Below are positions 1 through 9,636 of a stretch of DNA of 51,579 nucleotides, piece by piece. This DNA comes from an uncultured bacterium (GTDB taxonomy: Bacteria; UBA8481): assembly GCA_964499705.1 (NCBI GenBank), contig CAZCME010000006.1:186001-237579 (forward strand), in the 5' to 3' direction. Each line of letters starts with the position of its first letter. Position 1 is the first letter of the stretch. The position numbers and the translations under genes were made by a program. Under the pieces are notes generated by a model. That model ran no database searches, had not been told where the DNA came from, and saw nothing but the letters and a program-made list of their open reading frames with translations.

Positions 1-762
1 CGGCCCGATCCCTCGACGGTCGGAATCTACGACAAGCTCGGGGGATTCGGCATCCACGAAGTCATCATCGAGTCGCCTGATCACTCCGCGGATTTTCCAT
101 CCTACCCGGTCGCGCAGGCCGAGCATGTTCTCGCGGCGTGGCATGATCGCCTGATCGCCCTGGCCCGTGACACGCGAATCCGCTCCATCATGCTCTTCCG
201 GAACCACGGCCCTGAAGCCGGCGCCTCGCTGGAACATCCGCACAGCCAGATCATCGCCCTTCCGATCGTCCCCAAGCTACTGATGCAGGAAATATCCTGC
301 TCGCTTCAATATTCGCAATGGAAGGAACGCTGCGTCTTCTGCGACATGATCCACGAGGAGGAGATGCAGGGTATCCGGACCGTGGCCGATACGACTCACT
401 TCACGGCTTTCACGCCGTATGCGTCGCGATTTCCTTATGAAATGTGGATCATGCCCAAAAAGCACCAGGCTCATTTTCACGCGGCCGTGGACGCGGAGAT
501 CAAGGATCTCGCGCACCTCCTGCGAGATCTCCTCATCAGGCTCACGATGGTTCTCGACCGTCCTTCCTACAACATCATCCTGCATACATCTCCGTGCCAG
601 GAAGGGGAGCTGAGCCATTACCACTGGCACATCGAGATCATGCCGCGGATCACCAAGATCGCCGGGTTCGAATGGGGCACGGGATTTTACCTGAATCCGG
701 TCATGCCTGAAACCGCGGCCGCCGACCTGAACGCGGCAGGGGCCGGGACCGACCGGGAATGA
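1..762 (+). CDS. galT: Galactose-1-phosphate uridylyltransferase, 5'-truncated by window edge
   Basis: Frame open from base 1 (..GFGIHEVIIESPDH..); motifs NHGPEAGASLEHPHSQ (HxHxQ), CVFC, HWHIEI, AGFEWGTG. Confidence 0.95.
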   Translation, partial: RPDPSTVGIYDKLGGFGIHEVIIESPDHSADFPSYPVAQAEHVLAAWHDRLIALARDTRIRSIMLFRNHGPEAGASLEHPHSQIIALPIVPKLLMQEISCSLQYSQWKERCVFCDMIHEEEMQGIRTVADTTHFTAFTPYASRFPYEMWIMPKKHQAHFHAAVDAEIKDLAHLLRDLLIRLTMVLDRPSYNIILHTSPCQEGELSHYHWHIEIMPRITKIAGFEWGTGFYLNPVMPETAAADLNAAGAGTDRE

Positions 763-862
763 AGCGCCCCATTCGGCCGAGGCGTGAAAAATCCCTTAGC
801 CATTTGATTTCACCCGTCCTAGAATCGACTTCGAAGGCTCTCAATACCCGACGGAGGAACAC

Positions 863-1375
863 ATGGGCGGACCAGACGTGATACGACAGGATTCGATCTC
901 GACAATGAAGAAGCCAGCACAATCGCGCGCCGCGAGCATGGCGTTCATCGCGGCTGCGTTCATCATCACCGCGTGCCAGAATCCCCTGATGGCGAAGAAC
1001 GATCCCAACATGATTCCCGAGGCGAAACACCCCGACTGGAAAGTACTGCGCATGCTCGTCGCGGAATACGAAGCGTCCCGCTCCGAAATCGAGGGACGGA
1101 GCGCGATCGTCGTCCAGTCGAAATTCCGGGATCTCCTGGGAAACCACGGCAGCGATCGGATCGGCGACGAAGCGCTCTACTATGTCGGGCGTATGTACTA
1201 CGATGTCCGGGCGTACCACGACGCGCGCGTCACATTCATGCGGCACAGGGAGAAGTTTCCCGATTCCGAATTCGCTCCGACGATCCAGTCGCTCGAACAG
1301 GAGATGCAGCGGAGCGACGCCGAGTACAAGCGCTGGCTGGACGAGAACCGCACCACTTCCACGATCAGCAAGTAA
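863..1375 (+). CDS. TPR/BamD-like lipoprotein
   Basis: GGAGG at 853-857; hydrophobic stretch with lipobox-like ITAC; TPR-like DEALYYVGRMYY...FPDSEFA. Alternative start ATG 905. Confidence 0.7.
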   Translation: MGGPDVIRQDSISTMKKPAQSRAASMAFIAAAFIITACQNPLMAKNDPNMIPEAKHPDWKVLRMLVAEYEASRSEIEGRSAIVVQSKFRDLLGNHGSDRIGDEALYYVGRMYYDVRAYHDARVTFMRHREKFPDSEFAPTIQSLEQEMQRSDAEYKRWLDENRTTSTISK

Positions 1376-1378
1376 TCC

Positions 1379-2872
1379 TTGTCCTTCCGTAAACCCTCGG
1401 TCCTCGGCCAGGCGATCCAGGAGAACCACGGCGTCTTCCTGGACCGGACCGGCGCGGAAGATTCCCCGATCACGTTCGAGGAAACGAGACGCACCGCCGC
1501 CAGGATCTGTTCCTACGTCCGGAAGCGGGGCGTGACGCGCGGCGACACGGTCGCCGTCGCCATGTCGAATTCCGCTCCGGTCGCGATCATCTGGTTCGGC
1601 CTGCTGACAGAAGGGATCTCCGTCGTTCCCCTCAATCCCGTCCTTCCGGACGAGGAGATCGCATACATCCTCCGCATGTCCGAAGCCAAACTCATTTTCG
1701 CCGACAAGCCGTTCATGCCGAAAGCGCAGCGCTGGGCGGAGGAAATCGGGTCGCGCATCGAGGCGGTCGCCGCGGACGATGAACCATGGTCGGAGTATAC
1801 CGAAGCGGAGCCGCACTACGTGGATCCCGAGGATATCGCCGTCATCTTCTTCACGTCCGGCACGACCGGCCGCCCCAAGGGCGCGATGCTCTCGCACCGC
1901 GCCCTCATCGAGAACGCGATCGGTTGCGCCAAGTCGTACGGACTCGACTCATCGGCGGCATTCGCCTGCCCCATCCCGATCTTCCACGCCTTCGCGGCGA
2001 CAGTGTGCCTGTTTCTGCCGGCGATCATCGGAGCGCGCACCTATCTCCATTCGCCGCTCGATCCGAAGGGATTCGTGGAGACAGTGCCGAAGCTGGAACG
2101 GCGGAGAATCATCGTGGCGGTACCGAGCGTCCTGGAAGCGATCGAGCTCCTGTCCCAGGGAAAGCTCGATCAGGTCGCCTTCACCGTCTCCGGCGGCGCG
2201 TCATTGCCGGAACAGCTGAGGGACCGCGTGGCGGCGGCGACTCGCGTCGCGGTTTACGAAGGATACGGAACGACCGAATGCGGACCAGTTATCACGTCCC
2301 AGGCTCCGGGTCGCATCAATGCTCCGGGAAGCGTCGGTTTTCCGATCGCGGGCGTCGAAATCGAGATCCGATCGAGCGACGGCGATGCTCTCCCCTTCGG
2401 CTCGACAGGCGAAATCGTCGTGAGGACTTCAGGGCTCATGTCCGGATACTACGACCTGGCCACCGCGACGAAGGCTTCGGTCAAGGGCGGATGGTTCTAC
2501 ACGGGCGATCTCGGGTATGTATCCGAAGCCGGCGAGCTTTTCATCGTCGACCGGCTCACCGACGCCATCACGGTCAAGGGGATCACGCTGCTGCCTCAGA
2601 CCGTGGAGCATATTCTGAATCGTCATGCGGACGTGGCGGAAGCGGCCATCGTCGGCATTCCGGACGGCGCGGGAGGCGAAGCTCCGTGGGCCTTCGTCCG
2701 CTTGAAAGCCTCTTCCGCCGCGGCACCTCCGGATCCGGCGGACCTGATCCGTTTCTGCCGGGAGCGCCTTCCTATCTACGCGGTTCCGCGCGGCGTGGAA
2801 TTCCGCGACACCCTCCCGAAGACCATCACCGGGAAGATCCTGAAGCGGACGCTCAGGCAGAAATGGCTGTAG
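1379..2872 (+). CDS. AMP-dependent acyl-CoA synthetase (long-chain fatty acid-CoA ligase family)
   Basis: FFTSGTTGRPKG, YEGYGTTE, YTGDLG and PKTITGKI adenylate-forming motifs; TTG start. Confidence 0.9.
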   Translation: MSFRKPSVLGQAIQENHGVFLDRTGAEDSPITFEETRRTAARICSYVRKRGVTRGDTVAVAMSNSAPVAIIWFGLLTEGISVVPLNPVLPDEEIAYILRMSEAKLIFADKPFMPKAQRWAEEIGSRIEAVAADDEPWSEYTEAEPHYVDPEDIAVIFFTSGTTGRPKGAMLSHRALIENAIGCAKSYGLDSSAAFACPIPIFHAFAATVCLFLPAIIGARTYLHSPLDPKGFVETVPKLERRRIIVAVPSVLEAIELLSQGKLDQVAFTVSGGASLPEQLRDRVAAATRVAVYEGYGTTECGPVITSQAPGRINAPGSVGFPIAGVEIEIRSSDGDALPFGSTGEIVVRTSGLMSGYYDLATATKASVKGGWFYTGDLGYVSEAGELFIVDRLTDAITVKGITLLPQTVEHILNRHADVAEAAIVGIPDGAGGEAPWAFVRLKASSAAAPPDPADLIRFCRERLPIYAVPRGVEFRDTLPKTITGKILKRTLRQKWL

Positions 2873-2900
2873 CAGACGCGGAAAAATCGATCGCGCCTTC

Positions 2901-4799
2901 ATGAAGAGAATCCTGCCGTCGCTAGTCATGGTAATCTTCTGCGGAACGCTCGCGTTCCCTTCCTTCATCCTCACCAATGCGGACATGGCCAGCACCTGGA
3001 ATATCGTGATCGCCCATGCGGACGGAGCCGGTTACGGCACGGCGACACTAGCTGCAGGCACGCCCTTCGGCAGTCTCACGTCGGGAACCGACACGATCGT
3101 TTATCTCTCGGGAATCACGGACACGAACAACGCGTCGACGAGCTTCCATAACTTCTTCCAATCCTATTACGTCCACCCTTCCGGACTCTTTTCCGCGGAA
3201 TCGACCTCCGCCGGTCTCGCCGCCGACCTGGTCGAAACCGGCCCCGTGGACCGCATCGCCGGATCCCTCTCCGACACCTCATCCGCCGCCCTCTTTTTCG
3301 GAGCGCGCATTCTCCCTGCCGCCACGGATGATTTTTTCGTGGCCTTGAAAAGCAATGCTCTCTCCGCCGCGCAGATGCTCGGCGCGTCCGGAATCGACAC
3401 TTTTCTCGGCGCGGGGCTGATGCGGAGCGAAAGCGAGACGAGTTCCACTTCGATGACCTTCGCTTTCGGCCGCGTGACCGACACCGTGGTTTCCTTCCGG
3501 ACATTCCGGCCCGGCGAAACGGCCGCGCGCGTCCCGATCGGCTGCAGCGTTTCGCTGGCCGCGGGCGGAGGACAGATGCTCTGGAATCCTACGATCGCGC
3601 TGACGCAAAGCATTGCCGGTTCGAGCGGACACTTCAGCGACACCTTCTCGCAGTACCGCGTTTTCGTCACCGCGGATTCCAACCTGGCCGTCCTGCTCCG
3701 CGATTCGTCTCCGGCGGCTCCGGATTCCTTCCATGCCCAGGCGATCGCTTTCGCAGTCCGGAGGCGATCGCCCCTGGCGCTCGCGGATCTTGCCGGCCCG
3801 TGGCAGGCGACCATGCTCCTGCCGGAATCCTCCGCTTTCACCGCGATCCCGGGACAGTTCGAATTCCGCTTCAATGGAACCGGCCTCTTCGAGAATGGCG
3901 CTCCACCTCCTCATCATTCTTCCAGGACTTGCACCGTCGTGCTCTCCAGCGACACCCTCGGAGGCGCAACGCGGGGCGATTCCTTCTACCTCATCACATT
4001 CCGCCCCGGCCGCGACAGCGCCGAAATTCAGCTGCGCGCCTATCTTTCCGCGGATTCGAGATTTCTCACGATGGGCGGATACAGGTCCTCCGACAGGGCG
4101 ATCGGGCTCGGAGCTCGAAGGGCCAACAGCCTGCGCCGACGACTCGCTTTCGACACAACTGACACGCCGATCAGCCGCGGCCGGCTGGCGATCGGACTTC
4201 GCGTCGACTCCGGCGCTTCCGTCGGGCAGCCGACGTTTCTCATCTCCACGCTCGATACGTCCTCCACGCGCGTCCGTTCCTTCCGCGATTTCCGGGACAC
4301 GGCTCTGCGGAATCTGAACGTGGACACGATCCATGGAGCCGTGACGATCGTGCCGGACACGACGGTATCGGTCGACTCCGTGATCGTCACCATCGACATC
4401 CAGGGCTCCGCGGACTCGACCGGCGGCGTGAACATCGTTGCCATGATTTTCGATGAGGAATCCGGAGTCTGGACCAGGATTCCGGAAACCCGGGTGACCG
4501 CCCAGAACATCGGAATCATCTCGTTCCGCCCGCCGCACTTTTCCGATTTCGGCGCGGGCGAAGTCGCGACATCCATTTCCCCGGACCCCAACGCGGATAT
4601 TTCCCACGCCTGCGTCCTCAGCGCCGCCGCGTCCTCGATCGGAATCCCTCGATTCCTCCCCCGGCTCCGCGCCGCGCGCGACTTTCTCCTGACAGCACCA
4701 CTCGGAATCTTCGGCGTCCGCATATACTACTCCTTCTCGTCCTGTTCCCTGCTGCTCTGCCTGCCCTTCCTCCTGACGGTTCGCGCCCGGCGCGCCTGA
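2901..4799 (+). CDS. Secreted beta-rich surface protein with a divergent CFI-box-CTERM-like C-terminus
   Basis: N-terminal signal peptide; Ser/Thr/Asp-rich body; C-terminal CVLSAAA...LRAARDFLLTAPLGIFGVRIYYSFS followed by a hydrophobic stretch and RARRA. Confidence 0.7.
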   Translation: MKRILPSLVMVIFCGTLAFPSFILTNADMASTWNIVIAHADGAGYGTATLAAGTPFGSLTSGTDTIVYLSGITDTNNASTSFHNFFQSYYVHPSGLFSAESTSAGLAADLVETGPVDRIAGSLSDTSSAALFFGARILPAATDDFFVALKSNALSAAQMLGASGIDTFLGAGLMRSESETSSTSMTFAFGRVTDTVVSFRTFRPGETAARVPIGCSVSLAAGGGQMLWNPTIALTQSIAGSSGHFSDTFSQYRVFVTADSNLAVLLRDSSPAAPDSFHAQAIAFAVRRRSPLALADLAGPWQATMLLPESSAFTAIPGQFEFRFNGTGLFENGAPPPHHSSRTCTVVLSSDTLGGATRGDSFYLITFRPGRDSAEIQLRAYLSADSRFLTMGGYRSSDRAIGLGARRANSLRRRLAFDTTDTPISRGRLAIGLRVDSGASVGQPTFLISTLDTSSTRVRSFRDFRDTALRNLNVDTIHGAVTIVPDTTVSVDSVIVTIDIQGSADSTGGVNIVAMIFDEESGVWTRIPETRVTAQNIGIISFRPPHFSDFGAGEVATSISPDPNADISHACVLSAAASSIGIPRFLPRLRAARDFLLTAPLGIFGVRIYYSFSSCSLLLCLPFLLTVRARRA

Positions 4800-4823
4800 C
4801 GCCTGACATCCGTCCGAGTCCTC

Positions 4824-6008
4824 GTGAACGAAGAAAAGCGCGGGAACGGCCCTTACCGGATCGAGTCGCTCGCCTCCGGCGGACTCGGGCTCATCCGCTC
4901 GCCGGACGGCATCATCTTCGCGCGGGGCGTGATCCCGGGTGAACTGATCACGATCGGACAGCTGGTGCGAAAACGAGGAGTGTTCTGGGCGGAAGAGGTC
5001 CGCATCGTGGAACCCTCTCCGGACCGGACGGAACCGGCGTGTCCCTATGCCTCGGACTGCGGCGGCTGCGATTTCCACCATATGACATACGAGCGGGAAA
5101 AGACCGAAAAGATCCTGATGACCCGCGACACGTTCCGGCGGATCGTCGGCCGTGATCTGCCCGTGTCGGACCGTGTCGAGGCGCTGGAGCCGCATGGATA
5201 TCGCAACTCGATCCGGATCCAGGGCGGCGCGGGTTATCTCGGATACTGCAGAAAAGAATCGAACGAAATCGTCGACATCGACGACTGCCTCATCGCCATG
5301 CCGGAAGTGCGGGAGGAGATACGCCGCCGAAAAGCGCGGAACGCGGGCAAACCACCGAAGAGCCTCACGATCCGATGCGGCACGACACCGGGTGCGCTCT
5401 GCACGATCGAGACATCGCGCGGCGCCATGGTCGTCGCGGGAGGACAGGACCGCGCCGGCCGGATCACGGTGATGTTCCTGGGCAGATCCTATCGGGTCAG
5501 CCCGCACTCCTTCTTCCAGGTGAACATCGCCATCGCGGAAAGGATCGCTCTCGCGATGAGAGACCAGCTGCCGCCGGGTCCCCGGCTGCTCGATCTCTTC
5601 GCCGGAGTCGGAACGTTCGCCCTAGCCATGTCCGACCGGTATCAGACCGTGACGGGCTGCGAAATCTCCCGCGAGGCCGTGGAGGATTTCAGGCATAACG
5701 CGGCCGGCGTCGGAAATGTCGAGGTTCGCGAATGGGACGCGGCGAAGGGCTTGCGGGACCGCGTCGCCCGGGAGGACGTCCTCATTCTCGATCCTCCCCG
5801 CACCGGTCTTCCCCGCAGGCTGGCCGACGCTCTCGCGCATGCGTCGCCCGCCGCCCTGGCCTATGTCTCCTGCGATACCCCGACCTTCGCCCGCGACATG
5901 AGATTGCTGCTCGACTCGGGATATGAGCTCAATGACAACGTCCGGCTCTTCGACATGTTTCCGCGCACGGCCCATGTGGAACTTTTCGCGGTTTTGCGGA
6001 AGAAATGA
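4824..6008 (+). CDS. rlmD: 23S rRNA (uracil-C5)-methyltransferase, RlmD/TrmA family
   Basis: TRAM-like N-terminus, CPYASDCGGC Fe-S motif, SFFQVN, LDLFAGVG, LDPPRTG, YVSC, DMFPRTAHVE. Confidence 0.9.
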   Translation: MNEEKRGNGPYRIESLASGGLGLIRSPDGIIFARGVIPGELITIGQLVRKRGVFWAEEVRIVEPSPDRTEPACPYASDCGGCDFHHMTYEREKTEKILMTRDTFRRIVGRDLPVSDRVEALEPHGYRNSIRIQGGAGYLGYCRKESNEIVDIDDCLIAMPEVREEIRRRKARNAGKPPKSLTIRCGTTPGALCTIETSRGAMVVAGGQDRAGRITVMFLGRSYRVSPHSFFQVNIAIAERIALAMRDQLPPGPRLLDLFAGVGTFALAMSDRYQTVTGCEISREAVEDFRHNAAGVGNVEVREWDAAKGLRDRVAREDVLILDPPRTGLPRRLADALAHASPAALAYVSCDTPTFARDMRLLLDSGYELNDNVRLFDMFPRTAHVELFAVLRKK

Positions 6009-6015
6009 ATACTCC

Positions 6016-6046
6016 ATCCGGAATCTGAAATCCAAAATCTGAAATC
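6016..6046. repeat. Short heptamer tandem repeat (ATCyrrA, about 4.5 units)
   Basis: atccgga-atctgaa-atccaaa-atctgaa-atc in the spacer after rlmD. Confidence 0.7.
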
Positions 6047-6086
6047 GCTCCTTCATCTCCAGGCCATCCCTTTCGATACTAGGACA

Positions 6087-6830
6087 ATGATCCCTTTCCT
6101 TCGTTGCGCGTCGATTCTGCTCGTCCTGTCATCCATCCTTCCCGCGCAAGCGGAACGGCCGTTCAAGACCGACGATCCCTGGCAGGAAAGGCTGTATGGA
6201 TGGGAAGTTCAGGGCGGAATCGCGGCAGGATCGGGCGAATGGGAGAAAATCGAAAGCAGAAACCAGTTCGACGTGCTCGCGGGATTCGATTACGGCCTAA
6301 CGGAGCGCTCGGAAGTGGGACTTCTCTGGAACATATTCCGGATGCAGGATCCGGGGCCCGACGGTTTCACGGATGCGGCGGTCCATTATAAGCACAGGAT
6401 CGCGGAAGCGAGCGCCTCGTGGCCGGACATCTCGCTCGATCTGAAATTGAAGCTCCCGCTCGGCGATCGCGACCGCGCGCTGGGTTCCGGCAAGGTTGAC
6501 CTGGGACTGGCATCCCTCTTCGGATGGAAGTCGGAACGATGGACCACGTCGTTCCGGCTCGGATACCTGACCACCGGTTCGAGCGCGGAATCCGACAGGT
6601 TGGAACTCGGCCTGGCGACGCGGTATCGGGCGTCGGAATTCGTCTCCTTTCTCGGAGAAATCTACAATGACTCGAACGAAAAACCGGGGCACTCGTCACG
6701 GCTCGAAGTGTCCGCCGGCATGTCCTTCATCGTGGGGCCGGCGACCTGGTTCGATCTCATGGTGACAGCCGGCATCTCCGAATCCGTACCCGACGCCGGA
6801 ATGCAGGTCGGCATGACGTCGAGGTTGTAA
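6087..6830 (+). CDS. Putative outer-membrane beta-barrel ('transporter'/MetA-pathway-like family)
   Basis: Signal peptide ending AQA, RPFKTDD start, alternating amphipathic strands, LKLPLGD...LGSGKVD. Confidence 0.7.
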   Translation: MIPFLRCASILLVLSSILPAQAERPFKTDDPWQERLYGWEVQGGIAAGSGEWEKIESRNQFDVLAGFDYGLTERSEVGLLWNIFRMQDPGPDGFTDAAVHYKHRIAEASASWPDISLDLKLKLPLGDRDRALGSGKVDLGLASLFGWKSERWTTSFRLGYLTTGSSAESDRLELGLATRYRASEFVSFLGEIYNDSNEKPGHSSRLEVSAGMSFIVGPATWFDLMVTAGISESVPDAGMQVGMTSRL

Positions 6831-6853
6831 CAGCGCTTCGAAAATCATATACT
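6825..6853 (+). promoter_or_regulatory. Sigma70-type promoter
   Basis: TTGTAA(6825)-17 bp-TATACT(6848); ATG 9 nt downstream with no SD. Confidence 0.6.
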
Positions 6854-6862
6854 CCTCCGCCT

Positions 6863-7612
6863 ATGAACGAACTTGAAATCCCCGAATGGCTTCTTCGCAT
6901 CCGGAAGAATTACGAGGCGGATCCCGTTAAATGGATGTGGATCGGCATGACCGTACTGGTCCTCGTCATCATCGCGGTCTTTGCGACCTATATGGTCCGC
7001 AAGCAGAAAGCGGAAGCCTCCGAACTCCTCACAAACGGCCTCCAGGCGCTCGATGCCGGCGAATTCCAGAGCGCGTGGCTGGCGTTCCAGAAGATCGAAA
7101 GCGCGCACAAGCTCTCGGGTTATCGCGACGAAGCCCGGTTGTATTCCGCGGCGGCGATGTTCGGGCTGGGCAAATATGACGAGGCGGAGGCGGCATACAA
7201 GGCGATGATCGAGAGCGATCCCCGCGGGGTGCTGACACCGCAGGCCGAACTGTCCCTGGGAGCCTGCCTCGAGATGAAGAACGATCCGAAGGGCGCCCTG
7301 GAGTATTACCGCGGAGCCCGCGAGAAATACAAGGGCGCGTACATCGAGAAGGCGTTCGAGATACGCATCGCGCGCCTGTCGAGAATGCTTGGAGATGCGG
7401 AGACGCCGGCCGCGATCTACGATCGGCTCGAAAAGGACACGGACGGGCTCTGGAAGGAAATCGCCCGCGGAAACCGGCGCATGATCATATCCGAAATCCA
7501 GACCTCCGCGATGGGAGAACTCACGAACGGCGCGGTAGCTCCATCCCGCGTCTTGGATACGGCCGCGGGAACCGGCGCCGAGGGAATGAGGAGCGAGACC
7601 TCGGGACGCTGA
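6863..7612 (+). CDS. Membrane-anchored TPR protein (YfgM-like)
   Basis: Single N-terminal TM helix followed by TPR-like helical repeats. Confidence 0.75.
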   Translation: MNELEIPEWLLRIRKNYEADPVKWMWIGMTVLVLVIIAVFATYMVRKQKAEASELLTNGLQALDAGEFQSAWLAFQKIESAHKLSGYRDEARLYSAAAMFGLGKYDEAEAAYKAMIESDPRGVLTPQAELSLGACLEMKNDPKGALEYYRGAREKYKGAYIEKAFEIRIARLSRMLGDAETPAAIYDRLEKDTDGLWKEIARGNRRMIISEIQTSAMGELTNGAVAPSRVLDTAAGTGAEGMRSETSGR

Positions 7613-7635
7613 AGCGCACGACTACGGAGACATCC

Positions 7636-8520
7636 ATGCGACCTGCCGATAATCCTGAACAACGCAAGCGCGATCCTCATCTTCTTCTCGGACCGCTCAC
7701 ATTCCTTTCGGTGCTGGCGATCATGCTGGCGTCGGGAGCCTTTCTCCTGTCGAACGCGGTCACGCCGGAAATCACGGTTCCGGATCTGACGGGCAGGCCG
7801 TTCGAGCAAGCCGTCGCCGATCTGAAGAAACAGGGATTCACCGTGGAGATTTCACCAACGCCGCAGACGGACCGCGAATCCTGGCCGGTGGGGACCGTGA
7901 TCCGCACATCGCCGGTCGCGGGATCGCGCGTCAAGACCGGCCGGCTGATCGCGGTCTTCGTCTCCGCGGACAACGCGATGATCGCCGTCCCGGATCTCAC
8001 CGGCCTGATGCTCCTCGACGCGGAGAACATGCTCGGCCGCGCCGGCCTGGGCAGCCCCGGCGCCGGAGGGCTGATGGTGGGCCGCAAGACATGGCAGACC
8101 GTCGATTCCCCGGCAGGAACGATCCTGTCCCAGACACCCGAAGCCGGCGTGATGGTCAAGTCCGGCTCGCCCGTGGATCTCGTGATCGCCGTCTCCGAGG
8201 CCGCCGATTCCATGCCGAATCTCGTGGGGATGATGCTCACTGAAGCGCTCGATCTCCTCGCCTCCAAGGGCTGCCTCGCCGACACCGTGGAGCCGTATTT
8301 CACGACCACGAAGCCGGCGAACACGATCCTCTCGCAGAAACCTTCACCCGGCGCCAGGCTCGGCCCGGAAGTCGGCATCCGGCTCATCGTGGCCGTGGCG
8401 AGCGCGGAGGAAATGAACGCGGTCCATGAAACCACCGCGCTCCGGAAAGCCGAGAAGGAATCCCGGGACGCATCCGGGATGGAACCGAGCGCGGACATGC
8501 CGGGCGAGAAGGCGCCGTGA
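7636..8520 (+). CDS. PASTA-domain protein (3 PASTA repeats, no kinase domain)
   Basis: TM helix, then VPDLTG..GTVIRTSP, VPDLTG..GTILSQTP, MPNLVG..TILSQKP. Confidence 0.9.
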   Translation: MRPADNPEQRKRDPHLLLGPLTFLSVLAIMLASGAFLLSNAVTPEITVPDLTGRPFEQAVADLKKQGFTVEISPTPQTDRESWPVGTVIRTSPVAGSRVKTGRLIAVFVSADNAMIAVPDLTGLMLLDAENMLGRAGLGSPGAGGLMVGRKTWQTVDSPAGTILSQTPEAGVMVKSGSPVDLVIAVSEAADSMPNLVGMMLTEALDLLASKGCLADTVEPYFTTTKPANTILSQKPSPGARLGPEVGIRLIVAVASAEEMNAVHETTALRKAEKESRDASGMEPSADMPGEKAP

Positions 8521-8539
8521 AAGCGACGTTCCCGGCGCC

Positions 8540-9202
8540 ATGGTGAAAATCGCGCCGTCGCTGCTCTCGTCCGATTTCGGCAGGCTATTTGAGGAGACAC
8601 GGCGATGCGAGCGAGCCGGCGCGGCGTACATCCATTTCGACGTGATGGACGGAGCGTTCGTGCCGAATCTGACTTTCGGGGCGGGCGTCATCGCGGCATG
8701 TCGTCCGGCATCGCAGCTCGTCTTCGATGTCCACCTCATGATGAACCGGCCGGACAGGTATCTCGACGATTTTCTGAAGGCCGGTTCCGACATCGTCACC
8801 GTTCATGTGGAATCTCCCTGCGATATCAACGTTACGCTCGCGCGGATCCGGGCGGCGGGCCGGAAACCCGGCATCACGCTGCGACCCGGCACGTCGCTGG
8901 AGACCCTGGAGCCTCATTTCCGATCCGTCGACCTCGTGCTCGTGATGTCCGTGGAACCGGGTTTCGGCGGGCAGAGCTTCATTCCGGGCGCGCTGGAGCG
9001 GATCCGATCGATCGCCGCCCGCCGCGCCGAGCTGGGGCTCGCCTTCGAAATCGAAGTCGACGGCGGCATCGACGACAGGACGGGGCCGATGTGCGTGGAC
9101 GTCGGAGCGGACGTTCTGGTATCCGGAAACCATCTGTTCCGGCAGGCCTCGCTGGACGACGCCGTCCAAAATCTGAAAACGCTCTGTCACGGCGACCGAT
9201 GA
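8540..9202 (+). CDS. rpe: Ribulose-phosphate 3-epimerase
   Basis: KIAPSLLSSDF, HFDVMDGAFVPNLTFG, DVHLM, MSVEPGFGGQ, EVDGG; start moved to ATG 8540. Confidence 0.97.
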   Translation: MVKIAPSLLSSDFGRLFEETRRCERAGAAYIHFDVMDGAFVPNLTFGAGVIAACRPASQLVFDVHLMMNRPDRYLDDFLKAGSDIVTVHVESPCDINVTLARIRAAGRKPGITLRPGTSLETLEPHFRSVDLVLVMSVEPGFGGQSFIPGALERIRSIAARRAELGLAFEIEVDGGIDDRTGPMCVDVGADVLVSGNHLFRQASLDDAVQNLKTLCHGDR

Positions 9203-9223
9203 AGTAGTGTCAACCTTAAATGG

Positions 9224-9252
9224 TTGACAGCCGTCCCGGGCGGCCGTTTAAT
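9224..9252 (+). promoter_or_regulatory. Sigma70 promoter of the ylxM-ffh operon (probably a leaderless transcript)
   Basis: TTGACA(9224)-17 bp-TTTAAT(9247); in-frame GTG 6 nt after the -10. Confidence 0.75.
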
Positions 9253-9258
9253 GAAGCC

Positions 9259-9636
9259 GTGACCAGACGAAAATCAGCGGCCGCGATCCTGTCCGATCCC
9301 GAGCGGATCGGGCTGGCCATGGATTTCTACGCGCCGCTCCTGACGGACCGGTGCCGCCGCGCCCTGGAGCTCCACTTCGAGGAGGATCTTTCCCTGGCGG
9401 AAATAGCGGCGCGCTGGAAGGACGCGCGCGGAGGAAAGATCACGCGGCAAGGCGCGCAGCGGCACATCCAGAGGGGTCTTTCGGAAATGGCGGAACTTGA
9501 AAAACAGCTGGGGCTCATTCGCCGCCACATCAAGACCCGATCCCTCCTCCTGGACCTTTCCCGCAGGCTGCGCGACCGGTCCGCTTCGCCCGCCCGGGCA
9601 TCCGCCGAGCTGGCGCGCCTCGCGGAGTCGCTCTGA
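9259..9636 (+). CDS. ylxM: YlxM/UPF0122 family SRP-associated HTH protein
   Basis: DFYAPLLTDR..LELHFEEDLSLAEIA..ITRQG..LEKQLGL; stop overlaps ffh start (TGATG). Confidence 0.85.
   Translation: MTRRKSAAAILSDPERIGLAMDFYAPLLTDRCRRALELHFEEDLSLAEIAARWKDARGGKITRQGAQRHIQRGLSEMAELEKQLGLIRRHIKTRSLLLDLSRRLRDRSASPARASAELARLAESL

Noticed and set aside
3279-5507. 742-aa minus-strand ORF, and similar long shadow ORFs such as 9327-10865, 36095-38104, 40541-41884 and 24685-26058
   Set aside because: Antisense or alternate-frame to well-supported genes, Arg/Gly/Pro-rich and motif-free; expected in high-GC DNA
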